Shown piece after piece: positions 7,260 to 16,901 of a stretch of 64,000 nt of DNA (position 1 is the stretch's first letter; the number at the start of each line of letters is the position of its first letter). The notes under the pieces were generated by a model. It was not told where the DNA came from. It saw only the letters and a list, made by a program, of their open reading frames with translations, and did no database searches. The stretch is from Verrucomicrobiia bacterium (GTDB lineage Bacteria > Omnitrophota > Omnitrophia > Omnitrophales > Aquincolibacteriaceae). The translations under genes and the position numbers were made by a program. The DNA lies in assembly GCA_035495615.1 (NCBI GenBank), contig DATJFP010000005.1, positions 340 through 64,339 on the forward strand. Direction: 5' to 3'.

Positions 7260-10200
7260 TTACATTTTGACTTCAACGAGCGGGCCCCCGCGGTCGGAGG
7301 CCAGTTCGAGCATTTCCGAGACTCTCAGCTTGAACAAGGCGCGCAAAATTTTGTTGCCGTTTTCGCGGCCGAGAAGAAGCGTGATCATCCGGATCTTCTG
7401 CGCATGGAATTCTTTATTCTCGTCCACTTTGATCTTGTAGTTGTTGATTTCCCCGTTCGGGAGGACTTCAAGGACGGTTTCGACGACCTTTCCGGCATCG
7501 TCGATGAGCCGGACCCCGATTTTAAGGGGCCCCGTTCCGCCCGCATTGTCCAGCAGGCTGCCGCCGAGGGCAAGCCCGACGGAACCGTCCGCTCCCGCGG
7601 AGATGAAACCATTGGGATCCGGACTGCCGAGCACGATCGTCCCCAGGGCCTTCGCGCTGCTCCGCAAATCAAAGCGGACGTCGAGCTCCTTGTTGCCCTG
7701 CGCGTCCTGCACTCGCGAAGGAGTCAGAAACGCGTTGTTGGAACGCTGCATGGAAACCGAAAGACGATTCAGGACCTGGACCGCGGTGCTTGAGGCCTTG
7801 CTGTTGCCGACGATGACCGGCGCCTGCAGGCGCGAACCGCCCAGCATGTATTTGATCGCGCCTTTGTTGTCCGCGGTCTTGTTGAGATTCCTGTCCATGT
7901 TGAATCCCCAGGCCACGATGGCCGAGGCGTCGAATCCCTCTTCCCCGTTTTTGCCCACGTTCAAGACGAAATTCTGCAGGTCGGTCCCGAGCTTCAGGAC
8001 CTGCTTGCTCATCCTGCCGTTTTTATCTTGGAACCAAACTTCCATGAAAGAGCCGTTTCCGGCCGCGATCACGAAATCACGGTTGGAGAAATTCTGCGGT
8101 GCGGTGAATTTGAACATGGCGCCGACTTTCGCGCCGCCCGACGCCAGGTGGAAACGCATGGTGTCGTTTTCGAGCGTCACAAAGCCGGAATTCACGCCGA
8201 AAGATTCCTGCTTCATGTCGCCCAGGCTCGTCAATGCGGCGCTGTTATAAGCGCTGCCGTACGTGTAGGGATCCGCCGCGGCAAGAGCGGAAATCTGCGG
8301 CTTGATCCCGAACTGAATCGTGCATTGCCCGCGTTTGGCCGCGCCGTCTTTGTTCTTATGGCGAAAGACGATCGAGGTCACGGCGCTGATGTCGAAGCCG
8401 GGAATGCTGAATCCGCCGAGAGGAAGGTCGGTGAATTCCGCGCCCATGGCCACGCCGTTGACGGTGTACTCATGGCCGTCTTTGTCTTTCAAAATCAGGG
8501 TCACGTTTTTGAGCTCGCCTTTGTACTGGATGTTGTGCGGCTGGCTCAAATCCAGCGACTGCCCGGCGGGCATATCGATCTTCACGTCCGAATACGCGTT
8601 CGTCGCGGAAAGATCGGAAATGAAGGTGATCACGCGCTTGTTGTCTGAGGTGATGACGTCCTGGGTGATCCTGCCGTAGCCGATGGCTTTGCCCGCGTCG
8701 GACGACGTGCTGGAACCCGTGAAAGAAATTTCCGCGCCCGACGGCAAGCTCACCGGATCAGCCGGCACGTTGCGGTCGTACGGATTTTTCGGGAAGGGCG
8801 AGCCGATGTCGATTTGGACGTCGGCGCCTTTTCCGCTGAGCGTCACGATCGCGGAGGCCTGCATCACGGCTCCGTTGTCGGCGGAATACGTAAGCGCCAG
8901 GACATATTTTCCGGCAGTCCCGGCCGCGGTGCTCGGAACAAATTGAATGCTGAGGATCTTGATGTTCGGCGCCTTGAAAAAGCTGATGCCCGCATCCGCG
9001 GCCGCTTTCTCATAGGCCGCGAGGAGCTTGTCCTGCAGCAGATTGGGCACGTTGTGCAGCGCCATCCGGAACAGATCCCCGGACACTCTGCCGTCCCTCA
9101 CCACGAAATCGCGGTGGGCCTTCACGAAATTGATGACAATGCCGCGTATGTCGCGGAGAGACGGCCCCATGGCGAGCATGTAATTGACGAACTGGAAGAC
9201 GTTCATCAAATAATTGCCTTCGCCCGGATGGAATTCGCCGACCGTTTTGGCATCCAGTCCCGCGAGGACAAGATAACCTTCCGGCGGCAGCCATCTGCCG
9301 GAGCCCATTCTTTCCATTTCCGACATGAGGACGGCGGCAAGGTCTTTTACGGACACAACAAGCGTGGCGTCCGCTCCGGTTTCGATGCGCACCGACGACT
9401 GCATGATCTGCGTGTAGAGCGCGGTGAGCCGGCTCATCACGTCATGTTCCAGCGCAAGCCCCTGGTCCGAACCCGGGCCCTGGAACGGGAAAACAACGAG
9501 CCCGCCGTGTTCCGGCGTACGCGGCTGAAGGGCCTGGATTTTCGCGCGCAATTCTTCCAGGATCGCCCTTGCCTTGGCGGACAGGTCTTCGAGCAGCTTG
9601 TCCAGGGAATCAAACTGGCTTTCGGAAATCACGTCGCCGACCTGGACGGACTTGAAAAGGTCCTCGATCTGCTGACGGCTTGCGGCCAAAGCCTCGCGGA
9701 TCTGAATTTCCGGATCCGGAGCGGCCTTGTCCTCCATGTTCGTGATCGAAGTATTGGGAGCCAAATTGACGATTCTCAATTTATAGCCCTGCGGCACCTC
9801 GATGACCGTTCCCGGTTCGAGCGTCGCCATGTCGACGTCCACGCTGTAGAGATCAATGGACATTCCGCCGTCAGGCGTAGGCGCGGACGGCGTCACGCGC
9901 ACGGTGAACTGCCCCATCATCACGGGACGCGTGCAGCTCATGTTGGGTTCTTTCCAGCCGAAGCAGCCGTCTTCGACAAAGCTCACCAGGACATCTCCTG
10001 CGCCTTTCGCGTCGAACTCGTAATCGCGGCTGTCGTTCCTTACGTCCGCGTGATTGAAACGCAGCAGTTCGCTGCCCGCGAACGCCGCCCTTTCCTGATC
10101 CGTCGGATAGGAAACAACGGGAGGCTCGACGTTCCTGTCGACGGAAGCAAGGATGATCAAAGCATCCTGCACGTCGAAGACGCCGTCCTGATTCACGTCA

Positions 10201-13200
10201 AAATTCATCTTTAAAATTCCGGCGGCCGGATCCGCCGAAAGCAGGTGCTCTTTGAAAGGTTCTCCGTCGTTCAGCGTCGCGTCTTCGGCTGCGGCCCCGT
10301 CATCGATAATCAGCTCGGCTCCGGACACGGCCGCGTTTTCCGTGTTGGGAATAAACGGCAGCGTCCACCAGAGCATCTTGTTGTAAAGCCCCGACAGGGC
10401 CTGATTCAGATCCGCCTTGCTTACCACGCCGTCGTTGTCGAGATCCGAATTTGCGATGAGAACATCCGTCAGCGCATCCACGGAAAATTCGGCGTCAAAG
10501 GACGTGGTGACGTTTTCGCTGAAAGGCGCGGACGTCGAATAAGCCAGGAATTTAACGGCTCCCTGCTTGTCCGTTTTCACGCCGATGAGAGATTCGAAGC
10601 CGTCGAAGGTAATGGCCAAACCGCCGTTGGTGGTCTTTCCGAAAGCATCCATGGCGATGAAATACTGCCCGTCGCCGATGCGGCCTTCCTTGATCGCCAG
10701 GCGGACCGCGTCCAGCATGGCCTGATGCCGGGGATTCAAAACCCCGTTGCGGAATTCCAGCATCATGGATTCGCCGTTCGAGAGCTTCACTTCATAAAGA
10801 TGGGTCTTCACGTACATCAGCTGCCGGAAAGCCGGAAGCGCGTCGCCGTGCCCCACAAACTCCGGATAAAGGCCTTCCTGGAAATCGATGGATTCCTTGG
10901 CTTCGCCGTGCTCGAGCACCAGGTCGCCGTAGCCGGCAAGAATCCCGGCTTCCGCCGCGGCCCATTCTTCGTCACGGGCTTTGATCTTGGCTTCGAGATC
11001 CGAGATCAGCCCCGGAAGTTCGTCATGGCGTTTCACGGCCGCGGCAATAAGATCCCGCAGCGCCTGTTCCATGTCACCCACGCCTCCGATCGCGTCTCCA
11101 GCCTTGTCCGCAAGAGCCTTTGCATCGTCGAGATTGCCCGCGTCCAGCGCCTTTTTCAGCGCTCCCGCGATCTCGTCGAGCCGGGCGATCAGCATTTCAT
11201 AAGCCGGCATGGACTCGGGCCTCATGAGAAGCATTTCGGGATCCATCTTCCCATTCAAAATCTGGTTGAGCTTCTTGAGTCTCTCTTCGAGTTCCTTGTT
11301 CATGCCCCTGGACTTGATGAATTCCTCGCCCAGGCCGCGGAGCTCGGCGATGGCGGAATCAAGCGCCGCCACGATTTCCTTATAATTAGGATCTTCCGGC
11401 TTGATGTTCTCAAGCTTCGCCGCCTGCGCGAACAGGTCTTCCAGAGTGTGGAAAAGAATTTTCCGCTCCGTGCCGTCCGAGAGGTGGATCACCGCGATGC
11501 TGCCGCGCGAGAGCGTGACGTCCAGGCTGTCGATGACGCCGTCCTGATTGAGATCCGAAACCGCGGAGCTCGGGACCGGGATCGCTCCACGAATCGTCAG
11601 CGTTGAGAGTTCGCCATGCGCGCCGGTCCTGTTGATTTTCACGATCACGCCGCTGTTGGCGTCGGAATATTCAAACTTGTTGATGACCTGCAGGACGTTC
11701 TCTTCGCCCTTACCGTCTCCTTGGGTGTATTCATAAACTACGTCGATATTGCCGGGCGTGCCGCCGGCGTATTGGACATAGCGCATCGTGATGCCCTTTT
11801 CCGCGAGAGGATAGCGGATAAGGGGCCGCGAACCGCGGGGCGCGGGAGGATAAATCATGGTGTGCATGGTCGCGCACATGCCGTCCGCGTCGAAAGAGCA
11901 TTGATAGTAGTCCATGCCGTTGTAATCGATTTCCTTGAAGACCTGGTCCGCGGCAAAACAGGCCGCGCCCTTGGGGCAATAGCGGCTGAACATGCTGACC
12001 CTGTCCACGGTGTTGTTGTTCCACATGTTCTGGTCGTAAGAAACCGAAATGTGGACGAGGTTGTGCGACTCACCCGTGATTTCCTGAATCGTGACCGGGC
12101 CCTCATAGAAAAGCTCCGCGGAAACGAGCATCAGGTGCTTCGGCTGGCGGCCAAAATACATCAGAGGAATCGCGTCGTCCTTCATTTCCACTTGTTCGCC
12201 GTCGGCCTGCGCCGTTTCGAACATGAGCGCGTCGGCTTCGTCAGACGGCGCCAGGGTGCTCATGCGCAGCTCCGAGCCCGGTTCGGCGGCGATCATGTCT
12301 TCCGATAAATCCACCGTGACCGGATCAAGCATGATGGGCATGAGACGTTTCGGTTCGACCGGATTCTCCTGGAACGTGAATTCCATGTCCGAGGGAATGA
12401 CGAATTCGCCCAGTGGATCGATTTCCGCGGGCTGGATGTGCGTGCCTACCGCTTCACCGCTGAAATGGATGGACGCAATGCCTGCATCCATGTCGATCTT
12501 GATCGTCATGAGTCCTTTTTCGATCCAGGACTGAACTCTGTCGTTACCCAGGCCGTACGTGCTTCCCAGATCGGCCAGGACCGCTTCACGCACCGCGGTT
12601 TCCGGAATTTCCGTATCTTCGATAGGCTGGACGTCGTTGACTTCGTAGAAGAGGCCCATCATTTCGCTCATGTGGTTCAGAGAGCCGGTCGCCTTGTAGC
12701 GCTTGCCGTCGGCGTTGAACTCGATGTTGTACGTGACAAGCGAAGCGCAGAATTTGCCGGCTTCGCAGGGCGACATCGTGGAGACGCCGTCTTCGAACTT
12801 CTCGATCTTGATGTTCTTGAAGTCCACGTTCAGATTGAGAGCGAGCTCCGTGCGGAAATGATCCTGCAGCGAAAGCGGCGAGAAATTCCAATCCGCGAAC
12901 TGCCGCATCACCGCGGTCTGCATGTCGTCCTGTGGGTGGAATTCGAAAGCCACGATGACTTCCTGGCCGGGAATGACTTCGCGCGCCTGGATGCCTTCGG
13001 CCTTGTCCGCGTTGAGGAGCAGCGGGCCGGGGGCCTGGATGTAACGCAGATTCGGATTCACGGTCACCGAAGCCAGGAAATGCCCGTTGAAATCCTGATA
13101 AATCGGATAAGGCCCCATGTTCGGGTCTTTGGGAAGCCCGTCTGAATTCTGAATCGCGACGGGAGGCAGGATCAAAGCGGCGCGCATCAGGTGGACATGC

Positions 13201-16200
13201 GCTTCTCCGGCAACAGCCTTGAAAACAAATTCCTTCACGTTGCCTTTAATCCTCATGCCCTGCAATTCCAAGGCATCGCCCACGGTGGCCTGGATCAAGT
13301 CGACCAGATCCTTGTCCATCTGACCGACGGGAATGAAATCCCTGTCCCTCACCAGACGGCCCGTGATGACGAAGGTCGTCGTGGTTTTCCAGCCTTCATT
13401 AATAGATACGGTGCTATAGGTCACGATGTCTTCGAAACCGTCTTCCAGAGGCACCCGGTCGGACGGCATGCCGTGGCAGGCGGCTTTCATCATGGGATTG
13501 GCCGGGCAGCTGAACTCGGAAATTTTAAGCGTGTCGATCTCGGTGAATTTTTTCACCGTGCCGTCCGCGCCCGTCCACACGGCCTCGAGCTTTTCCCAAT
13601 TTACTTCGACGACATTGCCGTCTTTGTCTTTCTGGTAGATGAGGCGGCCTTTCTCGTCGAATTTGTTTGTGACGTCCTCATGCGTTTCCGGTTTCGCGGC
13701 AAGAGAAATCAAAAATTCCGCGAGTGGGTCTGTCGCCTGCGCGGCTTCCCCGCCCGCCGAGTCGAGATGGGCGTCGATGGCGCGGCGGTTGCCGTCGGCA
13801 TCGAGATAAACGCCGGTCACGTTCGCGGCGGCGCCGTCATATTCAAAGGTCGCCCGCACGCGGTCATGATGGTCACGGCGCACGATGGAGACGCTCAGGC
13901 TTTTGATCGCGTTCGGCGCGTAGTAGGGATACCGGATCGGCATCTGCGCGCCTCCGGCCGCCGCTTTGTCCGCCAGGACCGAACTTCCGGCCATGGGCGC
14001 CGAGTCATACGCAACCATGGGATACAGAATGTAACCATTCGCATGATCGAACTCCACGCTGCGGGTGTCTTCGAGAACCAGCCCGCCGCCGGACGTGAGC
14101 ACCCTGCGATGGACAGCCGCGAACTGCCCGAACGCGTCCACGGTAAAGCGGTCCATGATGCGGTAGCGCTTGGTGCCGTCAAAAATTTCCGAGGCAATGC
14201 TGATCAGGACGCCGGAATCATCGTACGTGTTATGCTGGCGCGCGGAGTAGACAATCTTTCCCGCCTTGTATTGATCTTCCGAATGGCTCAGGAGGCGCTT
14301 GGACGAAAAATTGGGGTACGGCCAAAACATGCGGTCCGCGGGAAGCGTCGTGACTCCCGTGGCGGTCATGGGAGACGATTTTGCCACCGCATTCGGCTGG
14401 GCGCCAGCCGCGCCATTCAGCAGGACCTTGTCGTAATAATAGGGATAGTAATTGAGCGGGCCGGTGATGTCGTAAGAATCGGAAACACGCTGCGTCAGCT
14501 CGCCGTCTTCGGTGTAATTTTCCTGCTTCGTTTCCTGGAAATTAGGTTCGCCCTTGTCGTCCAGGCGGTAATGGTCGGTCGTCACGGAAGCCATCATGGC
14601 CTCGGCGGGATCCTTGGACGCGAAATAGCTGATGTATTCGCGTTCGACCAGGCCCTTGATCCCCGCGCGGTAATGCGGGTCCCAGCGGACCACGTCGTAG
14701 ACCGCGAGCGGATAAATATTGCCCGGTCCGGAATCCTGCATCGGGTTCGAAGGCGAATACTTGGGGTCATACCGTTCGGTCCATTCGTTCAAGAGGACGT
14801 TGTCCGGGCCGTAATCGCTGCCGCGGATGAGAAGCAGATTGCCGGTGTCGGCGTCATACCGGAAAGACTGGACGTTCCGGCCCTGGACCGTCAGGGGCTG
14901 ATCGCCGTATCCCGAAAAAGTCCGCGTCGCGGCTTTGATCACCTGCCCTTTGGCGTTGAAGGCCTTGCTCGTTTCGTAGCGGTAGGTTTCTTTGCCGTCA
15001 TCGAAATTGAAGCTGCTGTTGGCGGAGACGCTGGTCTTCATGCTGCCGTCGTCGCGGTACGTGATGTTCAGTTCGTTTCTCCATGTCACCTTGCCCTGAT
15101 AAAGCGATTCGGTCACTTCGCTGACCAGCTTGTCGGTAATGACGCCCGCGGCATCCGTCAGGAACGTGCGCGTGGTCGTGGTCTCGCTCGAGACCGCCCC
15201 ATTCGAGCTGTACGTGACGTGCTTGGAGACTTCGTTGCCCGCGGCATCGTATTTCGACTGCTCGAGCGTCTCGTTGGAATAGGAATAGTTCGGTCCGGTG
15301 CTGGTAGAAACGGTCTTCTTCTCGAGTACGCGGCCCGCTTCATCCCGGGTGTAAGTCGTTTCGGTCTTGCTCGAGCTCTGCCAGCTTCCGGTATTTTCGT
15401 AGATGTCGATTTCGCGGAGCAGATTGCCCGCGGCATCATATTCGAAGGTCTGCTCGGACGTGGAAGCGCTGCTCTGCCCCTGCGGGTATTGGTAATCGCT
15501 TTTCGAGACCGCGCTGAGAAGCTTGCCGGCGTCGTTGCGCGTCTCGATGCGGGAAGAAGTGCCGTGCCCCTGGTCCTGGCCGTCCAGGAAGCTCTGCCAC
15601 GACTGCTCCTGCTTGAGAAGATTCCCGTTCGCATCATAGGATTCCTGGGTCGTGCTCTTCGACTCGGAAGTCTTCGGGATGCCGTCGGCATCCGTGTAAA
15701 AGCTCATGGAAGACGACACGACTGTCTTATCATTTCCGTTGTACGTCGTCATCGTCATCGAGGTCCACGTCTTTTCCATTTCGCCCGTCTTGGCATTCAG
15801 GCCGAGGCTTTCGGAAGCTTCCTCGGTAACACGGTCTTTGTCGTCGAAAGTCCGGATAACGGAGTACTGAGACGTGAGGCCTTTGTCATCGTAGGAAAAT
15901 GATTTGTAAGAGAGCTGCTGACCCGAAGCGGACTTTTCTTCCGTGGAAGAAAGGAGAAGACGGCCCGCATCAATGCTGACCGTGTAGGACGCCTGAGAAC
16001 CATCCTCGTTTTTGTGGATGAAAATGATCTGTCCGTCCTGCGAAGAAGGCACTTGAGGATTGGACAAATTCGCGAGCGCTTCGTTGCCCGACGCCGCAAA
16101 AGGATGGCGGAATTCCGACTGGTCGAGGACGTAAGACTCCTCGAGATTCAGCTGTTTGTAAATGATCGCGCGCGCCTGTTCGGCAACATCTTTTTCCGAA

Positions 16201-16568
16201 CGCATCCGCTTCGCCAGCTCCTCCTTGGAAAGAAGCCCCTCTTCTTCCTCGGTCACGATTTCTCCGCCCAAAGTACGGATCTTGTCATCGGCCTGATTTT
16301 CGACCTTTTCTTCCTTGGGGGATTCCGCGTCGGTCGTCAGCACACCCTCGTTGCTCATCATGAAGATCTCGGAAGTCGAAGCGTCTTCCTCTTCCGGCGC
16401 CGCCTCCGGCTTTTTCTCGTCCGCCTTGATCTCTTTTTGGGGAGTGGACACACCGGTGGCGTTGAAGTCATCAGCTTCCTGGGACCAGCCGAGCGGAACG
16501 ATCTGGGTCAAAGTCATCGTGACGGACACGAGCAGACACATGAACTTCTGGAGTTGGCTGGTTTTCAT
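7260..16568 (-). CDS. Giant 3102-aa secreted protein. N-terminal signal peptide. Acidic linker. YD/RHS-type repeat region at about residues 225-930 (nt about 13780-15900). Three dockerin/EF-hand-like DxNxDGxxD Ca-binding loops at nt about 11516-11558, 10406-10445 and 10157-10199. Coiled-coil/ALA-rich segment. C-terminal beta-rich, possibly carbohydrate-binding-like region.
   Basis: Single uninterrupted 9309-nt ORF. Repeats YDANGNLL, EYDAAGNLL, KYDAAGNEV, TYRDDGSM, RYDADTGNLL, YTEDGEL, TYDDSGVL, EYDGAA. Loops DLNQDGVIDSLD, DLDNDGVVSKADL and DVNQDGVFDVQD. N-terminus MKTSQLQKFMCLLVSVTMTLTQ is signal-like. No RHS cap or C-terminal toxin motif recognised. Confidence 0.75.
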   Translation of the reverse strand: MKTSQLQKFMCLLVSVTMTLTQIVPLGWSQEADDFNATGVSTPQKEIKADEKKPEAAPEEEDASTSEIFMMSNEGVLTTDAESPKEEKVENQADDKIRTLGGEIVTEEEEGLLSKEELAKRMRSEKDVAEQARAIIYKQLNLEESYVLDQSEFRHPFAASGNEALANLSNPQVPSSQDGQIIFIHKNEDGSQASYTVSIDAGRLLLSSTEEKSASGQQLSYKSFSYDDKGLTSQYSVIRTFDDKDRVTEEASESLGLNAKTGEMEKTWTSMTMTTYNGNDKTVVSSSMSFYTDADGIPKTSESKSTTQESYDANGNLLKQEQSWQSFLDGQDQGHGTSSRIETRNDAGKLLSAVSKSDYQYPQGQSSASTSEQTFEYDAAGNLLREIDIYENTGSWQSSSKTETTYTRDEAGRVLEKKTVSTSTGPNYSYSNETLEQSKYDAAGNEVSKHVTYSSNGAVSSETTTTRTFLTDAAGVITDKLVSEVTESLYQGKVTWRNELNITYRDDGSMKTSVSANSSFNFDDGKETYRYETSKAFNAKGQVIKAATRTFSGYGDQPLTVQGRNVQSFRYDADTGNLLLIRGSDYGPDNVLLNEWTERYDPKYSPSNPMQDSGPGNIYPLAVYDVVRWDPHYRAGIKGLVEREYISYFASKDPAEAMMASVTTDHYRLDDKGEPNFQETKQENYTEDGELTQRVSDSYDITGPLNYYPYYYDKVLLNGAAGAQPNAVAKSSPMTATGVTTLPADRMFWPYPNFSSKRLLSHSEDQYKAGKIVYSARQHNTYDDSGVLISIASEIFDGTKRYRIMDRFTVDAFGQFAAVHRRVLTSGGGLVLEDTRSVEFDHANGYILYPMVAYDSAPMAGSSVLADKAAAGGAQMPIRYPYYAPNAIKSLSVSIVRRDHHDRVRATFEYDGAAANVTGVYLDADGNRRAIDAHLDSAGGEAAQATDPLAEFLISLAAKPETHEDVTNKFDEKGRLIYQKDKDGNVVEVNWEKLEAVWTGADGTVKKFTEIDTLKISEFSCPANPMMKAACHGMPSDRVPLEDGFEDIVTYSTVSINEGWKTTTTFVITGRLVRDRDFIPVGQMDKDLVDLIQATVGDALELQGMRIKGNVKEFVFKAVAGEAHVHLMRAALILPPVAIQNSDGLPKDPNMGPYPIYQDFNGHFLASVTVNPNLRYIQAPGPLLLNADKAEGIQAREVIPGQEVIVAFEFHPQDDMQTAVMRQFADWNFSPLSLQDHFRTELALNLNVDFKNIKIEKFEDGVSTMSPCEAGKFCASLVTYNIEFNADGKRYKATGSLNHMSEMMGLFYEVNDVQPIEDTEIPETAVREAVLADLGSTYGLGNDRVQSWIEKGLMTIKIDMDAGIASIHFSGEAVGTHIQPAEIDPLGEFVIPSDMEFTFQENPVEPKRLMPIMLDPVTVDLSEDMIAAEPGSELRMSTLAPSDEADALMFETAQADGEQVEMKDDAIPLMYFGRQPKHLMLVSAELFYEGPVTIQEITGESHNLVHISVSYDQNMWNNNTVDRVSMFSRYCPKGAACFAADQVFKEIDYNGMDYYQCSFDADGMCATMHTMIYPPAPRGSRPLIRYPLAEKGITMRYVQYAGGTPGNIDVVYEYTQGDGKGEENVLQVINKFEYSDANSGVIVKINRTGAHGELSTLTIRGAIPVPSSAVSDLNQDGVIDSLDVTLSRGSIAVIHLSDGTERKILFHTLEDLFAQAAKLENIKPEDPNYKEIVAALDSAIAELRGLGEEFIKSRGMNKELEERLKKLNQILNGKMDPEMLLMRPESMPAYEMLIARLDEIAGALKKALDAGNLDDAKALADKAGDAIGGVGDMEQALRDLIAAAVKRHDELPGLISDLEAKIKARDEEWAAAEAGILAGYGDLVLEHGEAKESIDFQEGLYPEFVGHGDALPAFRQLMYVKTHLYEVKLSNGESMMLEFRNGVLNPRHQAMLDAVRLAIKEGRIGDGQYFIAMDAFGKTTNGGLAITFDGFESLIGVKTDKQGAVKFLAYSTSAPFSENVTTSFDAEFSVDALTDVLIANSDLDNDGVVSKADLNQALSGLYNKMLWWTLPFIPNTENAAVSGAELIIDDGAAAEDATLNDGEPFKEHLLSADPAAGILKMNFDVNQDGVFDVQDALIILASVDRNVEPPVVSYPTDQERAAFAGSELLRFNHADVRNDSRDYEFDAKGAGDVLVSFVEDGCFGWKEPNMSCTRPVMMGQFTVRVTPSAPTPDGGMSIDLYSVDVDMATLEPGTVIEVPQGYKLRIVNLAPNTSITNMEDKAAPDPEIQIREALAASRQQIEDLFKSVQVGDVISESQFDSLDKLLEDLSAKARAILEELRAKIQALQPRTPEHGGLVVFPFQGPGSDQGLALEHDVMSRLTALYTQIMQSSVRIETGADATLVVSVKDLAAVLMSEMERMGSGRWLPPEGYLVLAGLDAKTVGEFHPGEGNYLMNVFQFVNYMLAMGPSLRDIRGIVINFVKAHRDFVVRDGRVSGDLFRMALHNVPNLLQDKLLAAYEKAAADAGISFFKAPNIKILSIQFVPSTAAGTAGKYVLALTYSADNGAVMQASAIVTLSGKGADVQIDIGSPFPKNPYDRNVPADPVSLPSGAEISFTGSSTSSDAGKAIGYGRITQDVITSDNKRVITFISDLSATNAYSDVKIDMPAGQSLDLSQPHNIQYKGELKNVTLILKDKDGHEYTVNGVAMGAEFTDLPLGGFSIPGFDISAVTSIVFRHKNKDGAAKRGQCTIQFGIKPQISALAAADPYTYGSAYNSAALTSLGDMKQESFGVNSGFVTLENDTMRFHLASGGAKVGAMFKFTAPQNFSNRDFVIAAGNGSFMEVWFQDKNGRMSKQVLKLGTDLQNFVLNVGKNGEEGFDASAIVAWGFNMDRNLNKTADNKGAIKYMLGGSRLQAPVIVGNSKASSTAVQVLNRLSVSMQRSNNAFLTPSRVQDAQGNKELDVRFDLRSSAKALGTIVLGSPDPNGFISAGADGSVGLALGGSLLDNAGGTGPLKIGVRLIDDAGKVVETVLEVLPNGEINNYKIKVDENKEFHAQKIRMITLLLGRENGNKILRALFKLRVSEMLELASDRGGPLVEVKM

Positions 16569-16760
16569 TTACTGCCCCCTTGAAGAGAATTTTTGAATGT
16601 ATTTGCTTATTATTGCTATATTTCTAATTACATCTCGGGCAACTATATTAATCTCTTTAAAAGCCTACCTTATAAACTAGCCCAAATCAACGCTGCATGT
16701 AACATCTTTTAAAGTACACTTAAAAACTATATCAGAACGGCAAATCTATCTATCAAAAAG
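16569..16760 (-). promoter_or_regulatory. AT-rich (sharp GC drop) promoter or regulatory island directly upstream of the giant gene; contains direct repeats AACTATAT (x2) and TCTTT(T)AAAG (x2)
   Basis: Composition contrast with the GC-rich flanks; position immediately 5' of the 7260-16568 minus-strand start. Confidence 0.4.
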
Positions 16761-16856
16761 TGACATCCGGTCAAAAAGGAACGCTGAGCGGTCATTTCAG
16801 GCTGGCAAATGCAGGCGGGGTTCTCGCTAAGACTAACATTCCTAACTCGCTGGGCA

Positions 16857-16890
16857 TAAAAAAAGCGGGAATGTTCTTCCCGCTTTTTTT
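16857..16890. terminator. Bidirectional rho-independent terminator (A-run, GCGGGAA/TTCCCGC stem, T-run) downstream of the 1152-aa gene
   Basis: aaaaaaaagcgggaatgttcttcccgcttttttt read directly; sits 12 nt after the stop of the 16902-20360 gene. Confidence 0.75.
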
Positions 16891-16901
16891 GAAATACCAG
16901 A

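Noticed and set aside
7260-16568. Interpreting the giant protein as a classical Rhs/polymorphic toxin
   Set aside because: The YD repeats are N-terminal, not followed by the conserved RHS cap (DPxGL-type) and a short variable toxin. More than 2000 residues of other architecture follow. No immunity-like small gene is downstream.
7206-16583. Long plus-strand ORFs inside the giant gene (e.g. 13191-15902 at 903 aa; 8814-10214 at 466 aa; 10245-11606 at 453 aa)
   Set aside because: They are antisense shadow ORFs of a GC-rich gene. Their translations are Arg/Gly/Val-rich low-complexity sequence without motifs, whereas the minus-strand frame yields coherent repeat and domain structure.
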